DNA of 64,000 nt from Octopus vulgaris (Eukaryota), in NCBI GenBank assembly GCA_951406725.2, contig OX597814.1, forward strand, positions 220,658,001 to 220,722,000. Direction: 5' to 3'. Below the pieces are notes generated by a model, which was not told the DNA's origin, searched no databases, and worked only from the letters and a program-made list of their open reading frames with translations. This document shows, one piece after another, positions 1 through 13,059 of the stretch (the stretch's first letter is position 1; every line of letters begins with the position of its first letter). The position numbers were made by a program, and so were the translations under genes.

Positions 1-146
1 ACAGATGTAAACAAGAAACTCTGAGTAACAAGTCAAAAATTCTCACTTTTGAGAAAAAAAAAAATGTTATCCCACATGTGAGTACGTTTTTCTACATGAC
101 AGTTTACATTTGTGGGAACATATAATCGCCAGGCCCAGTCTGATCC

Positions 147-274
147 AGCAGTAGAAACACTGCCAGATCAGACTGGACCTGGCGCAGCCTTCTGGCTTCC
201 CAGACCCCAGTTGAACCGTCCAACCCATGCTAGTATGGAGAACGGACGTTAAACGATGATGATGATGATGATGA
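147..274 (+). mobile_element. RTE-type 3' tail repeat (family B), fragment
   Basis: ...ccgtccaacccatgctagtatggagaacggacgttaaac followed by a (GAT)n tail; near-identical copies at 7765, 8503, 9345 and 13770. Confidence 0.7.
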
Positions 275-301
275 TATACACACATACACAGATATACAAG
301 T

Positions 302-344
<43 letters not shown>

Positions 345-345
345 T

Positions 346-754
346 ACTTTACTTTACTTTTACTTGTTTCAGTCATTTGACTGCGGCCATGCTGGAGCAC
401 CGCCTTTAGTCGAGCAAATCGACCCCGGGACTTATTCATTTTGTAAGCCCAGTACTTATTCTATTGGTCTCTTTTGCCGAACCGCCAAGTGACGGGGACG
501 TAAGCACACCAGCATCGGTTGTCAAGCAATGCTAAGGGGACAAACACAGACACACAAACACACACACATACATATATATATACATATATACGACAGACTT
601 CTTTCAGTTTCCATCTACCAAATCCACTCACAAGACATTGGTCAGCCCGGGGCTATAGCAGAAGACACTTGCCCAAGATGCCGTGCAGTGGGACTGAACC
701 CGGAACCATGTGGTTGGTTAGCAAGCTACTTACCACACAGCCACTCCTGCGCCT
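346..754 (-). mobile_element. tRNA-derived SINE family A (octopus-type), full length
   Basis: Minus strand starts AGGCGCAGGAGTGGCTGTGTGGTAAG (A-box-like), has GGTTCAGTCCC (B-box-like), an internal (CA)/(TA) tract and an AAAAGAGT/AAAGT-type tail; at least 10 copies in the window. Confidence 0.9.
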
Positions 755-3700
755 ATATATATATTAAAGATAAAAAGAGAAGCTGGAAAGTACCAACAAG
801 AACATTTATATAACCACAATTGTTTCATCTCCAAGATGCACTGTCATAACAGTGAACATCATGCTATCATTTTATACATTGCTATGTGTCCATGGACAGG
901 TTTGTGGGCTTTGCCCCATGTGCTGTTAGTTGTTCTATGTCTGAGTAGTGCTATGAGTGTGTGTGCACGTAAGTGCAAAGTTGACGTGCTTCTATATGCT
1001 TGTGTGTGTATATAAGTGCTAACTGGAAGTCTCTGATGTGTACATGAGTATATCTGTGTACAAATGTGTGTGTGTGTGTGTGTATAATCATGTGAGTGTA
1101 TAAGTGTATTTGCCTGCAGACATGTGAGACTATGGGTGTTAATGTGCATTTGGATTTGTATGTCCTGTGGTGTGGGTGTGATGGGGCATGTGGGGGGGGG
1201 ATCTTTAATTATTACATGTTTTTTTTCCTTATAAAATACACACATACAGGAGGAGTAAATCTCTGTATATAATAACACATTAGAGAGTTGAAAATCTTCA
1301 AGTTAGGGGAGTGGTCAGACTCTATAAATGACAAATGCAGGAGATAAATCAAACAATTTCAGCAGCTCTAAATTTTGTGAAGCAAAGACAATGTGACAAA
1401 AAGTGAATCTTGCTTTAAAAACCAATAGGTGAAAACATGAAAGGGTTACCAAGTACATTGGTCTTAAACATCAGTGTTACTGACTAGAGAATTGCAATAA
1501 GTAGTCGGAAACTGAAGACAGACCTCTTGAACACCTGCCTGTATACTAAACTTGTTATCAAAGTGAAAATGTATTGGCGACAACAAAAGCCTTGAGACAA
1601 GATACAAACATATAAATTAAGATATTTCTTATAATACTGTAATGTTATTTTTTCATTTCTTTGTTTTATGTCTATTTGTCTATAGTGGCAAAGATTAGAC
1701 AAATACATATTATTGAGGCCTTGTTTTTATAGTCAGATGACTTTTTTGTTACTAACCCTTTTCAGTTATTCAAGTATAAGAGTTTCCATTCTATGTGTTT
1801 TTGAAAATGCAGATCTATCAGACATTTCGTTAATAAGGAAATGTTAAAATTCACTACAGCACAGTGAATTTTGAAAGCCGGTCTGAATGTAAACATTCCT
1901 AAAAAAGAATATACAAGAATATACACAGGAATTTACATTTACTATGCACATGCATATACAATGGGCTTCATACAGTTTCCATCAAAGTCACTCACATCAA
2001 AGACACAAAACCACACACATACTAAAATATTTGAACTCTTGCTGACCAAACTAATTTTAGCAAGTCATAGTAAGAATACAGTGGAACAGTTTACAGTTGC
2101 CCATAACAAGATTGAAATTTAACCCCACAAGTTCATTACTGCTCACTGATTATACTTTTACTGCTTGTAGAAATGACAATTTCATATATAGAGAACTTAT
2201 TTATGACAAAGCAAATTAAAGCACAGAATTTAAATAACTTGACCATGGACAGTAAAGGGCTTGATTTCAGCCACAGACTGTGGACTAAGGTTTAGTTGTT
2301 TTATTTGCTTTTGGACTATATCAGTATAATATCAGTATAACGATAAAACATCTTTAATGGACGTGTCAAAGGCTGATTTTAAGGTGTCCATCTTGAATAC
2401 TTTAGGTTGACAGTAATCATTTCCATACTAAAGTGAGTTATATTCTGATTATATTCTATTGTTCTTTTCAAATAATGACTCAGAAAATTAGTCAGCAGAC
2501 ACACACTGAGTCTGGTGGGAAGAAGCAGAGGGTGGTAGTCAACAGCTACAGTAACTGACAGCCCTTTAGCCAGAAGTCTGACACCCCACCTCCCCATAAT
2601 CAACACTATAGCTGTGATCAATTAATAATTTCCTCATTAATAATTTACCATTTATAGGAAACAAGTGTATTGAATGATTTCACCATATGACAAAGTAATT
2701 AAAAAGATTATTAAAAGAAATTCTTGTATCCACTTCTACTTTTTATATTTTAGTCACTGTGACCACAATACTCAATTAGTTGTTTGAGCTTCACCGAGTA
2801 AATTAAGAGAAAACAGCAAATCAGGAGTATGTTGATTATATTATGTTGACAAAATATAATTGAATAATTTGAAAGAGAAGAGAGAAAAAAAGTTACATAT
2901 CAACATAATTTCTATTGCTTGAGAGTGTATGTAATTGCTTATTTTCACTTGTTTATCCAAACAGCAGTAACATAAGCATCTGTGCATAGTTTAGTGAAAT
3001 GAACCATGAGACAAGAAAATAAATACACAGACACAAAAAAAGAGAGAAAAAAAAGAAAGACTATGTGGATGGGTGGAATAATTATTTTTATAAGTTACAG
3101 CTACATGCATCTGAGAATTTGTGCAATAGGATAAAAAATAGAAAAAAACCTGAAAATATGGACATTTGTTTATTTAACATACAAAGAAAAGCTTCCATTG
3201 ATTTGTATTTCTCTTTCAACATACTTTTTTTTATGTCTGTGTTTCCTGTTACTGCTATATTATAGGGCTAACTTAGATGTTAGCATACATGGTCATGAAA
3301 ATACTAGCCATTCCACCAAATAGAGAACAATTTTCATAGTTCTAATTATTCACTTATGATGAATGTGATGGAATGTTTTCTATTATTATTATTTTCATTT
3401 TTATTTTATTCATTTACTTTTTTTTTGTTTTTCATTTGCTTTTCAGCTTTCGTTTTTGTTTTTGCAATATACAAAAGCATTGCAGTTGTTTAGTCTCAAA
3501 ACAGCTCTGATCTATTTGATCATGTCTGCCTTGGGGCTAAAAAACTGAAATTTATGATCAAAAGTGTTCCAGCTATGACTCTCCATGTCTTTTTGTCTAC
3601 CAAGAGCTACATTCTCTAATATGTCCTGCATTTTTTTATTTTTTATTTCATGAAGGTATGGTGTGATTTAAGAGACATTTGGTAGCTATTTCTATCAAGT

Positions 3701-4479
3701 GATCAATGAGACTGCCCTAGGTAGTGGCAGCAGCAATGGAGACTACTGACGCGCCACCTGCTGTATAGGTGGAAGAAGCAGAGGCAGCAACAACAACTGG
3801 TGTTCACATGAGATAGATGAGATGGTGACACACAGCTATGGCATCTGATATGTACGCTCCCTATGAGGCTTTTAGATGTGTGATTCTATCAATAAACAGA
3901 AGCAAAGTGTGTAACATCTACAAATAGTCTTTGATAATCTCATCCAAATGACATTTTCATGACTTATATTTGTTATTTCAAACTCCTTACTTTTCATTTC
4001 TTCAGATTTAATGAAATAAGTTGATTTAATAATTCAGTGATTGGCAAAGTCATTAGAGCATGTGACAAAATAGAATTATTTAGTTATGAGTTCAAGTCCT
4101 GTCTAGGTCAACTTTGCCTTTCATTCTTCTGAAACCAATAAAATAAAGTACCAGGCAAGTTCTAAGCTTGATTTAATATTCCTTTAAATCTTCCAAGATT
4201 TGAATGGAATTGTAACATGATTACAACCACTCTTAGAGAAATTTATTTGATGTTGTGCCTGGTCAAAAGAAATCAATATCTTCAATGATTTCTACATGAA
4301 CTTTAAAAAACAAAAAGGAAAACAAAAATGTATATCTTAATTGCAGAAGGTGCCTTTTTACTTTCTGAAACCTTTTTTTTCTTTTTTTTATAATTAATAT
4401 TGAAGACATAAAAACACCAGACTAAGTTAAACTAAACCAAAACAAATTTATGTAACTTTTTCAAAGGAAAAACCAAAGT

Positions 4480-4705
4480 CTTGTGATCTTATCCACCATA
4501 CCTCAACACTCAGAGCACCTTTACATAATCACTGCTGGCCTTTGCTATGCAACAAACCATATCAGATGTTAAATTTTGGAGATTTCCATACCCTAATATG
4601 AAACGAAGACCACTCAACTACAGCAGTGATATTGGCAAAAGAGATACAAGAAGTTGAGGACCTACCAAAGCTAATTGGGGCCAGAGATTCCTGACACGGT
4701 ACTAT
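4480..4705 (+). mobile_element. Decayed non-LTR retrotransposon (RTE-like) ORF 3' end
   Basis: Frameshifted translation QTISDVKFWRFPYPNMKRRPLNY...EVEDLPKLIGARDS* resembles the RTE C-terminal motif (LLW..P..RGRP.LTY...EDL..LM.DR..W). Confidence 0.4.
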
Positions 4706-4936
4706 GAAATGTATCTTGGTTGTGACTGCTTAAAGAGGACATTCTCACTTAACCTGCTAGAAATAAAAGTCACATCTAACCAACCCCAAAACAGGCAATG
4801 TTAAATTATGTAGTTGCAGATATACAAAAAAAAAAAAATTATAATGGTCATAGATGTAATGGTTTTAATAATAAGTTAGATCCATCACTGTTGACCAGAG
4901 ACTGAACAAGAAACATAGTTCACAAGTCTAACATAT

Positions 4937-5363
4937 ACTCTTTACTCTCTCTCTTTTACTCTTTTACTTGTTTCAGTCATTTGACTGCGGCCATCCTGGA
5001 GCACCGCTTTTAGTCGAGCAAATCGACCCCGGAACTTATTCTTTGTAAGCCCAGTACTTATTCTATTGGTCTCTTTTGCCAAACCGCTAGGTGACGGGGA
5101 CGTAAACACACCAGCATCAGTTGTCAAGCAATGCTAGGGGGACAAACACAGACACACAAACATATAAACACATTATATATATATATATATACATATATAC
5201 GACAGGCTTCTTTCAGTTTCCGTCTACCAAATCCACTCACAAGGCATTGGTCGGCCCGAAGCTATAGCAGAAGACACTTGCCCAAGATGCCACACAGTGG
5301 GACTGAACCCGGAACCATGTGGTTGGATAGCAAGCTACTTACCACACAGCCACTCCTGCGCCT
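4937..5363 (-). mobile_element. SINE family A, full length
   Basis: Collinear and near-identical to 346-754. Confidence 0.9.
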
Positions 5364-5424
5364 ATATCTACAAGAACACACATTCAATTCTACATTTTGA
5401 GTATATGATGAAGGCATATACTTT

Positions 5425-5775
5425 TATTCTTTTCTATACTTGTTTCAGCCATTGAAGGTTTAATGATCAAATTGGCCCTAGTATTTGTTTTAAATCTACC
5501 ACTTACTCTATTAGTCTTTTCTTTTTTTTTTTTGGCAAACCATTAAGTTACAGGGATGTAAACAAACCAGAACTTGTTGTGCAGTGCACATGTATACGTG
5601 CACACACACATACACACACACGTATGATGGGCCGGCAAACAGTTCTTATCTACCATATTCTCTCAGAAAGCATTTGTTGGTCCAAGACTACAGTTGAAGA
5701 CACTTACCCAAGGTGCCAAAGAGAGGGCCAGAGCCCTAAACCACAAGGTTGCAAAATAAGCTTAACCACACAGCA
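5425..5775 (-). mobile_element. SINE family A, old degenerate copy
   Basis: Remnants tacttgtttcagccatt, taagttacagggatgtaaacaaaccag and gaagacacttacccaaggtgcc in family order. Confidence 0.6.
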
Positions 5776-5954
5776 ATAACTGTGCCACACAATTTTTGCC
5801 CAACCAATTTCATTCACAGGGCACTTTCTAAAGTTGCGAAGTAATGGGATTGAACTTGGGACATCAGGATTGCAATGTGAACCTTGCAACCATTTGAACA
5901 TGCCTGCATCCATTTTACTTCAAGAATCTAGAAGCAATGGAATACTAAGTTTAC

Positions 5955-6125
5955 CTGAATTATTACTGAAGTATCAAGAAACAACAATTAAGCAACAGTT
6001 GTTTTAATATAGAGCTAATAATGGTTATTGTTAAGAGAGTTTGAAATTTGCCAGAGCCAGTATTAAGGTTTTGGTTTCTTGTAAACATAAATTTCTCAAA
6101 TCTTTCCGTTTTAGTTGAAATAATT
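5955..6125 (-). other. Candidate internal non-coding (5'UTR-like) exon, 171 nt
   Basis: Minus strand: T-rich tract tttctgcttttttaattgtgttttgactatttgtttatctAG| then |GTAAAC after CAG; stops in all three frames; non-repetitive. Confidence 0.3.
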
Positions 6126-6364
6126 CTAGATAAACAAATAGTCAAAACACAATTAAAAAAGCAGAAATAATTTATCTACAAAACGGAAGCATATACCATA
6201 ACACTTTAATTACTGGAACGTAAATAACTTAGATAGTACGGTGTTACTCATTGGATTGAAACATGTACTGATAACTCAAAAGTATACATGAATGTATGAA
6301 ATTATATGCTTTAATGTATGTATGTGGACATTGTGCTCCCGCTCTCTCTCCCTATATATGTATG

Positions 6365-7060
6365 TATAGTTGAAATTTACAGAAAAACAAAAGATGAAGA
6401 CAGGTGTATAAACAACAAGCAGGTGTATTAGGTTGAAGCTCAGGAAGGTGAGAAAGTCTTTTATGTTTCAAGTCTACACTCTTCAACAGACAGGAACATG
6501 AGGAAATAAACAGAGAGAATAAAAAACTTTTGGAGTTAGCGGTCAATTGTGGCGACTGGTTGACCAAAGGTAGTAAGTCAGGAGAGCTAGGAACAAGGGG
6601 AGATAATAAAGTACTGATGATCCCAAAACAGAGGTGGGCATGTGTGTGAGTGTGTAAGTGTGTGCATGTGGATAGGCGCTGGTGACTTTGATGCATGGAT
6701 GTGTGCGTAAGTTTGTGCATCTGTAATGTGTGTGTGCTGGGAAGTGATCAGTGCTAGTGTGTACAGAGTGGTGTGAGGATGATGTGATGCGGTGTGGTGC
6801 GGTGTGGTGCTGTTGGGATGTGAGGATGGGGTGTGGGTTTAGGTGAGGAAGTGGGGTGGAGATGTGGGGTAAGTGGGAGTGGGATGTGTGGGGTGGATGG
6901 AGGGGTAGCAATGAAGGGAGAAGGAGCAAAGAGAGAAGATTAAATCCTGTTCACAGTGAAGGTGGGAGTCCGGATGGCCCCTGTGCAAAGACAATCTGAA
7001 CACATACAGGTGTTGTAATGAATGACCAGCAGAGTAGAAATGGTGTGAGACCAGGAGACT
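6365..7060 (-). mobile_element. Penelope-like element 3' fragment: GIY-YIG endonuclease C-terminus plus terminal repeat
   Basis: 7060->6911 reads SLLVSHHFYSAGHSLQHLYVFRLSLHRGHPDSHLHCEQDLIFSLCSFSLH, matching the PLE GIY-YIG tail (PVxxHFxxxGHS...REQxLIFxL); the terminal part (6370-6530) matches repeats at 44960, 56230 and 61935 and has a decayed hammerhead core (CTGTTGA..GAAAC). Confidence 0.75.
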
Positions 7061-7422
7061 AAATTATATACATATATATGTATATTGCTTTTCTAGATCC
7101 TGAGGCAAGTATATGTGTGTGTATATATATATATGTGTGTATATATATATATGTGTGTGTGTATCACAACTGTCTGACAAATGGCAACTTGAAATTCTGA
7201 GTAACATTTCAGTGATAATTTTGTGACTGTAATAAAAAGTATATAACTCTACCTTTGGTATTCGAGTACTATTTTTTTCACCTTGTTTTACACTAATGTG
7301 TTCAAATGTATATATATATATGTATGTATCTGTAAGAGTGTATGAATACAATTAAAATACACACACACACATATGTGCATGGTTGCATGTATACACATGG
7401 CTGCATAACACTATGTGTGATA

Positions 7423-7469
<47 letters not shown>

Positions 7470-7472
<3 letters not shown>

Positions 7473-7527
7473 TTCTATATGTGGATGCTTTTCTATATAT
7501 ATAGAAAAGCATCCACATATAGAACCT
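7470..7527. repeat. Perfect 58-bp palindrome with no spacer
   Basis: aggttctatatgtggatgcttttctatat|atatagaaaagcatccacatatagaacct equals its own reverse complement. Confidence 0.95.
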
Positions 7528-7530
7528 TAA

Positions 7531-7583
<53 letters not shown>

Positions 7584-7728
7584 GAGTGTAAATTTGCATG
7601 CATATATGTATCAAAGACATGTGCATGTGTGTCATATGGTATTAAAACATCTATACACATCATTTACGTCAGTGTAAGCACCTAATATCTCTGCTTATAT
7701 GTATACATGCCTTTTCCTTCTGCATGTG

Positions 7729-7767
<39 letters not shown>

Positions 7768-7918
7768 CAGCCTTCTGGCTTCCCAGATCCCGGTCGAACC
7801 GTCCAACCCATGCTAGCATGGAGAACGGACGTTAAACGATGATAATGATGATTATACATACATACACATATGTGAATATATGCATGCATATAAATGTATG
7901 TGTGTTTGTGTGCATGTG

Positions 7919-7962
<44 letters not shown>

Positions 7963-8047
7963 TTCTTTTGTGTGTGTCTGTGCATGTGTTGGGAGCATGT
8001 TTGTGCTTGCAAAGGTAAATGTATCTACAATACACAATTGAAGAGAT

Positions 8048-8092
<45 letters not shown>

Positions 8093-8502
8093 GGTCGGCT
8101 ACATTTCAGGAGCATCAAAGAAAGACAACTGATAAAAAGACAATAAAATTGTTAATCACAAAATTATCTTATACATCTGTATTAACAGCCTTTCTGGCAA
8201 CATTTTATCTCTCTGTCACCTCCTGTTCTGTTGTGTGTTAATTTCTCCCATCTGCTACCAAATATAACATGCCCCTCATGTTAGTCTAGACATCCCCATT
8301 ACAGGGAATTCTGTCATTTTTTCAACATAATACTGTTACATATAAATTTATACTTGAACAGAAACGAGTATGTTTCTCTAGACAGCCTTTTCATGGTTGT
8401 ATAACATGCTAAAATAGCAGTCAAAGCTCTCTCAAATCACACCTTACTGTTCTTACAAGAAAAGACCGACACATTGATAATAATGTGTTCTTGGTTTCCT
8501 TA

Positions 8503-8722
8503 CATCATCATCATCATCATCATCATTGTTTAACGTCCGTTTTCCATGCTAGCATGGGTTGGATGGTTCAACTGGGTTCTGGGAAGCCAGGAGGCTGCGC
8601 CAGGCTCCTGTCTGATCTGGCAGTGTTTCTACAGCTGGATGCCCTTCCTAACGCCAACCACTCCGAGAGTGTAGTGGGTGCTTTTTATGTGCCACCTGCA
8701 CAGGTGCCAGACGAGGCTGGCA
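8503..8722 (-). mobile_element. RTE-type 3' tail repeat (family B)
   Basis: (CAT)n then tgtttaacgtccgttttccatgctagcatgggttgg...ctggatgcccttcctaacgccaacc. Confidence 0.75.
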
Positions 8723-8900
8723 AACAGCCAATGAAAAACAAAGGAAAAAAAATTGATAGAACATGGTTGGAATGCCTATAATCATAGTTTTGCTCCATCA
8801 TGATTGGCCTGGACCTAAACAATGACTAATCTTGAAGAAAGATTATTAAGAGTAAATACTAATATAAAATACATGTTTGTGTGAATGCATATTTGTATAT

Positions 8901-9110
8901 ACTCTTTTACTCTTTTACTTGTTTCAGTCATTTGACTGTGACCATGCTGGAGCACCGCCTTTAGTTGAACGAATCGACCCCGGGACTTATTCTTTGTAAG
9001 CCCAGTACTTATTCTATTGGTATCTTTTGCCGAACCGCTAAGTGATGGGGACGTAAACACACCAGCATCGGTTGTCAAGCAATGCTAGGGGGACAAACAC
9101 AGACACACAA

Positions 9111-9141
<31 letters not shown>

Positions 9142-9314
9142 CATATATACGACAGGCTTCTTTCAGTTTCCATCTACCAAATCCAACTCACAAGGCATTG
9201 GTCGGCCCAGGGCTATAGCAGAAGACACTTGCCCAAGATGCCACGCAGTGGGACTGAACCCTGAACCATGTGTTTGGTTAGCAAGCTACTTACCACACAG
9301 CCACTCCCGCGCCT
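8901..9314 (-). mobile_element. SINE family A, full length with TSD
   Basis: Family A sequence flanked by the direct repeat atttgtatat (8891-8900, 9315-9324). Confidence 0.9.
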
Positions 9315-9344
9315 ATTTGTATATGTTTATGTAGGTGTAATGTA

Positions 9345-9782
9345 TCATCATCATCATCATTTAACAACCAGTGTCCATGCTGGCATGGGTTGGACGGTCT
9401 GACAGGGCAGGAAGGCTGCACCAGGATCCAATCTGATTTGGCATGGTTTTCTATGGCTGGATGCCCTTCCTAATGCCAACCACTCCGAGAGTGTAATGAG
9501 TGCTTTTATGCGCCACCAGTACAGGTACCATTTGCATGACACTGGTATCTGCCATGACTGCAATTTTGTTCAGCTTGATGGGTCTTCTAAAGCACAACAT
9601 AACGCCAAAAGGCCTTGGTCATTGCCCCCATGAAGCGCAACACCCGAAAGGAACTCTGTCACTTTGGCTCCATGAGGCCCAATGCTCAAAAGGAACTTGG
9701 CCACCTCACCTCCATGAGGCCTGCTTGAAAGAAACTCAGCCACCTTACCTCCGTGAAGCCCAACACTTAAAAGGAACTCAGT
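9345..9782 (-). mobile_element. Family B variant with four ~42-bp tandem units
   Basis: (CAT)n tail and family B body; units ~ctccatgaggcccaa..aaaggaact at 9626-9782. Confidence 0.6.
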
Positions 9783-10345
9783 ATGTTGGTAGATATTTGT
9801 ATGTGTCTTATACACTCAGCTAGAAGAATTATACAACCTAACTAGATACTTATACACATACAAACATTCTTCCACAGCCATAGTCACATCTACACACATG
9901 CTCACCAACACCCACTCACATAAATATGAGAAGTAACAGAGTGAAAATAAATTGAATTGTTATATTTGCATATACGTATTTATGTATGTGTGTATGTATG
10001 TGTATATATATATACATATACATATATGCATACATACATACACACTTGTATGTATATGTGTGTGTGTGTGTGTGTATGTGTGAGAAATGTTAAGAAATTT
10101 ACATGAAGCATAATAAACATTTATAAAATGTCAAAGTGGCACAGAAATAAATTTTGAATGACTTTCAAAATTTATAAGAAAACAGTATTTGACAATTGTC
10201 AGAAAATACATTCTTTCTTCTTTAAGTTCTGTCTGTATTGTATAAATAGAAACGCAGCACCATCATATCATACAGAGGGATAGAAAAAGTGGAGATGTGG
10301 AAGGTAGAGACACTGAAGAGGTGAGAGGGAGGTGGTGACAATAAT

Positions 10346-10383
<38 letters not shown>

Positions 10384-10764
10384 TTTAATACAGAAAACTA
10401 GAGTGGGAGAAAAGATGAGGAGGAAGTTATAAGAAGATATGAGAAAGGAAGGGAGAAAAATTGAAAAGAAAGAAAATTAGTTGGAAAAAGCTGGAAAGGA
10501 GGAAAAGTAGGGAAAGTGGAAAGGGTAGGGCAGGAGATGAAGGTGAAGAAAGAATAGGAAACTGAAATAAAGAACCAAAATGATAGGAAATACTAATTAA
10601 AAGGTAGAAGAAAGAAAACAAGTTGGTGGGGGGGGGGGAGTAAAAGAGAGATTTAACTGACAGGTAAAAGAATATTTTTGGTTATTTAGTTTCAGGACAA
10701 GACCGATCAAGTGCAGCTACGATGAAAAGACATTCTAACCATGACAATCATTATCTTTATTTTC

Positions 10765-11044
10765 TACTTGCTTCACTCGTTAGACTATGGCCATGCTGGG
10801 GCACTGCCTTGCTTGAAGAATTTTAGTTGAACAAATCAACCCCAGTTCTTTTTTTTTCTTTTTAAGCCTGGCACTTTGATCCTATTGGGCTGTTTTACCA
10901 AACTGCTAAGTTACAGGGATGTAAACACACCAACACTGGTCGTCAAGTGGCAGTGGGGGACAAACACAGATACAGAAACATACACAACTTACATATGTGT
11001 GTATATATATATAAATACATACATACATACATATATATATATAT

Positions 11045-11102
<58 letters not shown>

Positions 11103-11106
11103 CATA

Positions 11107-11144
<38 letters not shown>

Positions 11145-11320
11145 CATATATATATACATATATATATACATATATACATATATACATACATACATATATA
11201 CATACATACATATACATACATACATATATACATACATACATATATACATACATACACATATATATAAACATATATATATATACAAACATATATACATACA
11301 TATATACATACATATATACA

Positions 11321-11356
<36 letters not shown>

Positions 11357-11550
11357 TACATACATATATATATATACACATATATATATACGTGTGTGTG
11401 TGTATACAGGACAAGCTTCTTTCAGTTTTGTCTACCAAATCCACTCACAAGGCTTTGGTTGGTCCAAGACTTTAGTAGAAGACACTCAAGGTACCATGCA
11501 TTGGGACTGAACCCAGAATCATGTGGTTGGTAAGCAAACTTATAACCAGA
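10765..11550 (-). mobile_element. SINE family A, degenerate, internal microsatellite expanded to ~400 bp
   Basis: Tail half at 10765-10980 and head half at 11410-11550 separated by a (TA/TACA)n tract. Confidence 0.75.
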
Positions 11551-11770
11551 CAACCATTTTTTCGAAGTGTCTCTTTGACATTAGTCTGTATGAATGAGCC
11601 AGCAGTCCTTGAGATCTGAGGCAATTTGGTTGCTGTTCCTGATAAGTTGAGAGACCTCCACCTCCACCGCCTCCACATCACCCCACAAAAAAAAAAATAG
11701 AAAAGGGGAGGGAAAAAAAAAAAGAGAAATCGGAAGATAAATTTGTGTATACATCACAGCCAGTTCTTAC

Positions 11771-11833
11771 ACAGGACACTATCGTCAGTGTTCTGCAATT
11801 AACCAAGCGAGTGAAAAATAGGATAGAGTAAAA
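11771..11833 (-). other. Candidate 63-nt internal exon
   Basis: Minus strand: ttttgttgtttttgttgttgtgttcgcccatgtctttcctacAG| ... tgt|GTAAGA; phase 0 is open (FYSILFFTRLVNCRTLTIVSC), no homology recognised. Confidence 0.3.
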
Positions 11834-12205
11834 CTGTAGGAAAGACATGGGCGAACACAACAACAAAAACAACAAAAAAGCAACATTATATTCAAGATTT
11901 CATAAAGTCACACACACACACACATTAGGCCATTATAGCACAAAAGAAGTCTGTCTCTACAGATTGGCACATTAGAGACAGATATACTGGAAATGGTTTT
12001 AGGTTTCCTCTGGTTGTTTTGTGTATCACATCTTCTGGACAATGGCATCATTGGATGGAGGTTTTCAACAAGCCAATCACTAGTTTGCTGCCTTTCACGA
12101 TGATGGTGACAAGGGAATGTCAGTAAAACTTGAGTAGAACAAATATCTTAAGGGACTTTGAAGCACTACTTTATTGATTTCTTCAATAATGTTTACATCT
12201 TTCAT

Positions 12206-12301
<96 letters not shown>

Positions 12302-12302
<1 letters not shown>

Positions 12303-12600
12303 GAGGCACAATGGCCGAGTGGTTAGGGCAGCGGACTCGCGGTCGTAGGATCGCGGTTTCGATTCCCAGACCGGGCGTTGTGAGTGTTTATTGAGCGAAA
12401 ACACCTAAAGCTCCACGAGGCTCCGGCAGGGGGTGGTGGCGATCCCTGCAGTACTCTTTCGCCACAACTTTCTCTCACTCTTTCTTCTGTTGGCCTGCTC
12501 GCTTAGCCAGCAGGGTGGCGTCATTTGAAGGCTAAAACAATGCGAAGCGCATTGTGACCAGCGATGTGTAACAACATCAGATGGCCTGGTCGGTGACGGT
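12302..12600 (+). mobile_element. tRNA-derived SINE family C, tail type 1
   Basis: Head ggcacaatggccgagtggttagggcagcggactcgcggtcgtaggatcgcggtttcgattccc (A and B boxes); body shared with 16360 and 63002. Confidence 0.85.
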
Positions 12601-12706
12601 GATATATATATATACATACATTTATAGATGCATGTACATTCATGCATGCACACACGTCTACACATGTCTACACATATATACACACACACACATGAATCCA
12701 TACATG

Positions 12707-13014
12707 AAGGCGCATGGCTCAGAGGTTAGAGTGTCAGGCTCATAATCATGAGGTAATGAGTTCGAATCCCAGACCAGGCTGTGTGTTGTATTCTTGAGCA
12801 AAACACTTTATGTCATGTTGCTCCAGTTCACTCAGCTGTAGAAATGAGCTGCAATGTCACTTGGCTAACGTTGGTGGCATGGAGAGGTGGGGCTGGGTCG
12901 CATGGGTGACTACTGGTCTTCCATAAACAACCTTACTTGGATTGTGCTTTGGAGGGTAACTTTTTAGGTGCAATCTCATGGTCAATCCTGACCAAAAGGA
13001 GGTCTTTACCCTTT
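12707..13014 (+). mobile_element. tRNA-derived SINE family D
   Basis: gaaggcgcatggctcagaggttag...gagttcgaatccc then ttcttgagcaaaacacttta...gctccagttcactcagctg; related to 40385 and 56580. Confidence 0.75.
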
Positions 13015-13059
13015 ATACACACACACAAACATATATATATATATACACACATATATACA

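Noticed and set aside
519-813. Recurring ORFs such as MLGGQTQTHK... and RHLPKMP.SGTEPGTMW at many loci
   Set aside because: Antisense read-through of SINE family A; frames differ between copies
6780-6906. G-rich tract with G-quadruplex potential
   Set aside because: Low-complexity interior of the Penelope fragment; no independent sign of function
9626-9782. Four ~42-bp units with a conserved part and a variable linker, superficially CRISPR-like
   Set aside because: Linkers are short and homologous to each other, units are degenerate, the context is a eukaryotic repeat and there are no cas genes
10876-11475. Long ORFs rich in YI/HT/CV/LS repeats (also 22162-22886, 40668-41094, 59048-59331, 63406-63999)
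   Set aside because: Translations of stop-free (TA)n, (CA)n and (GA)n microsatellites, not genes
12304-12375. tRNA-like sequence with A and B boxes (also heads at 12707, 33482 and 16675-16745)
   Set aside because: No closed acceptor stem, and it continues into a repeated SINE body, so it is a SINE head
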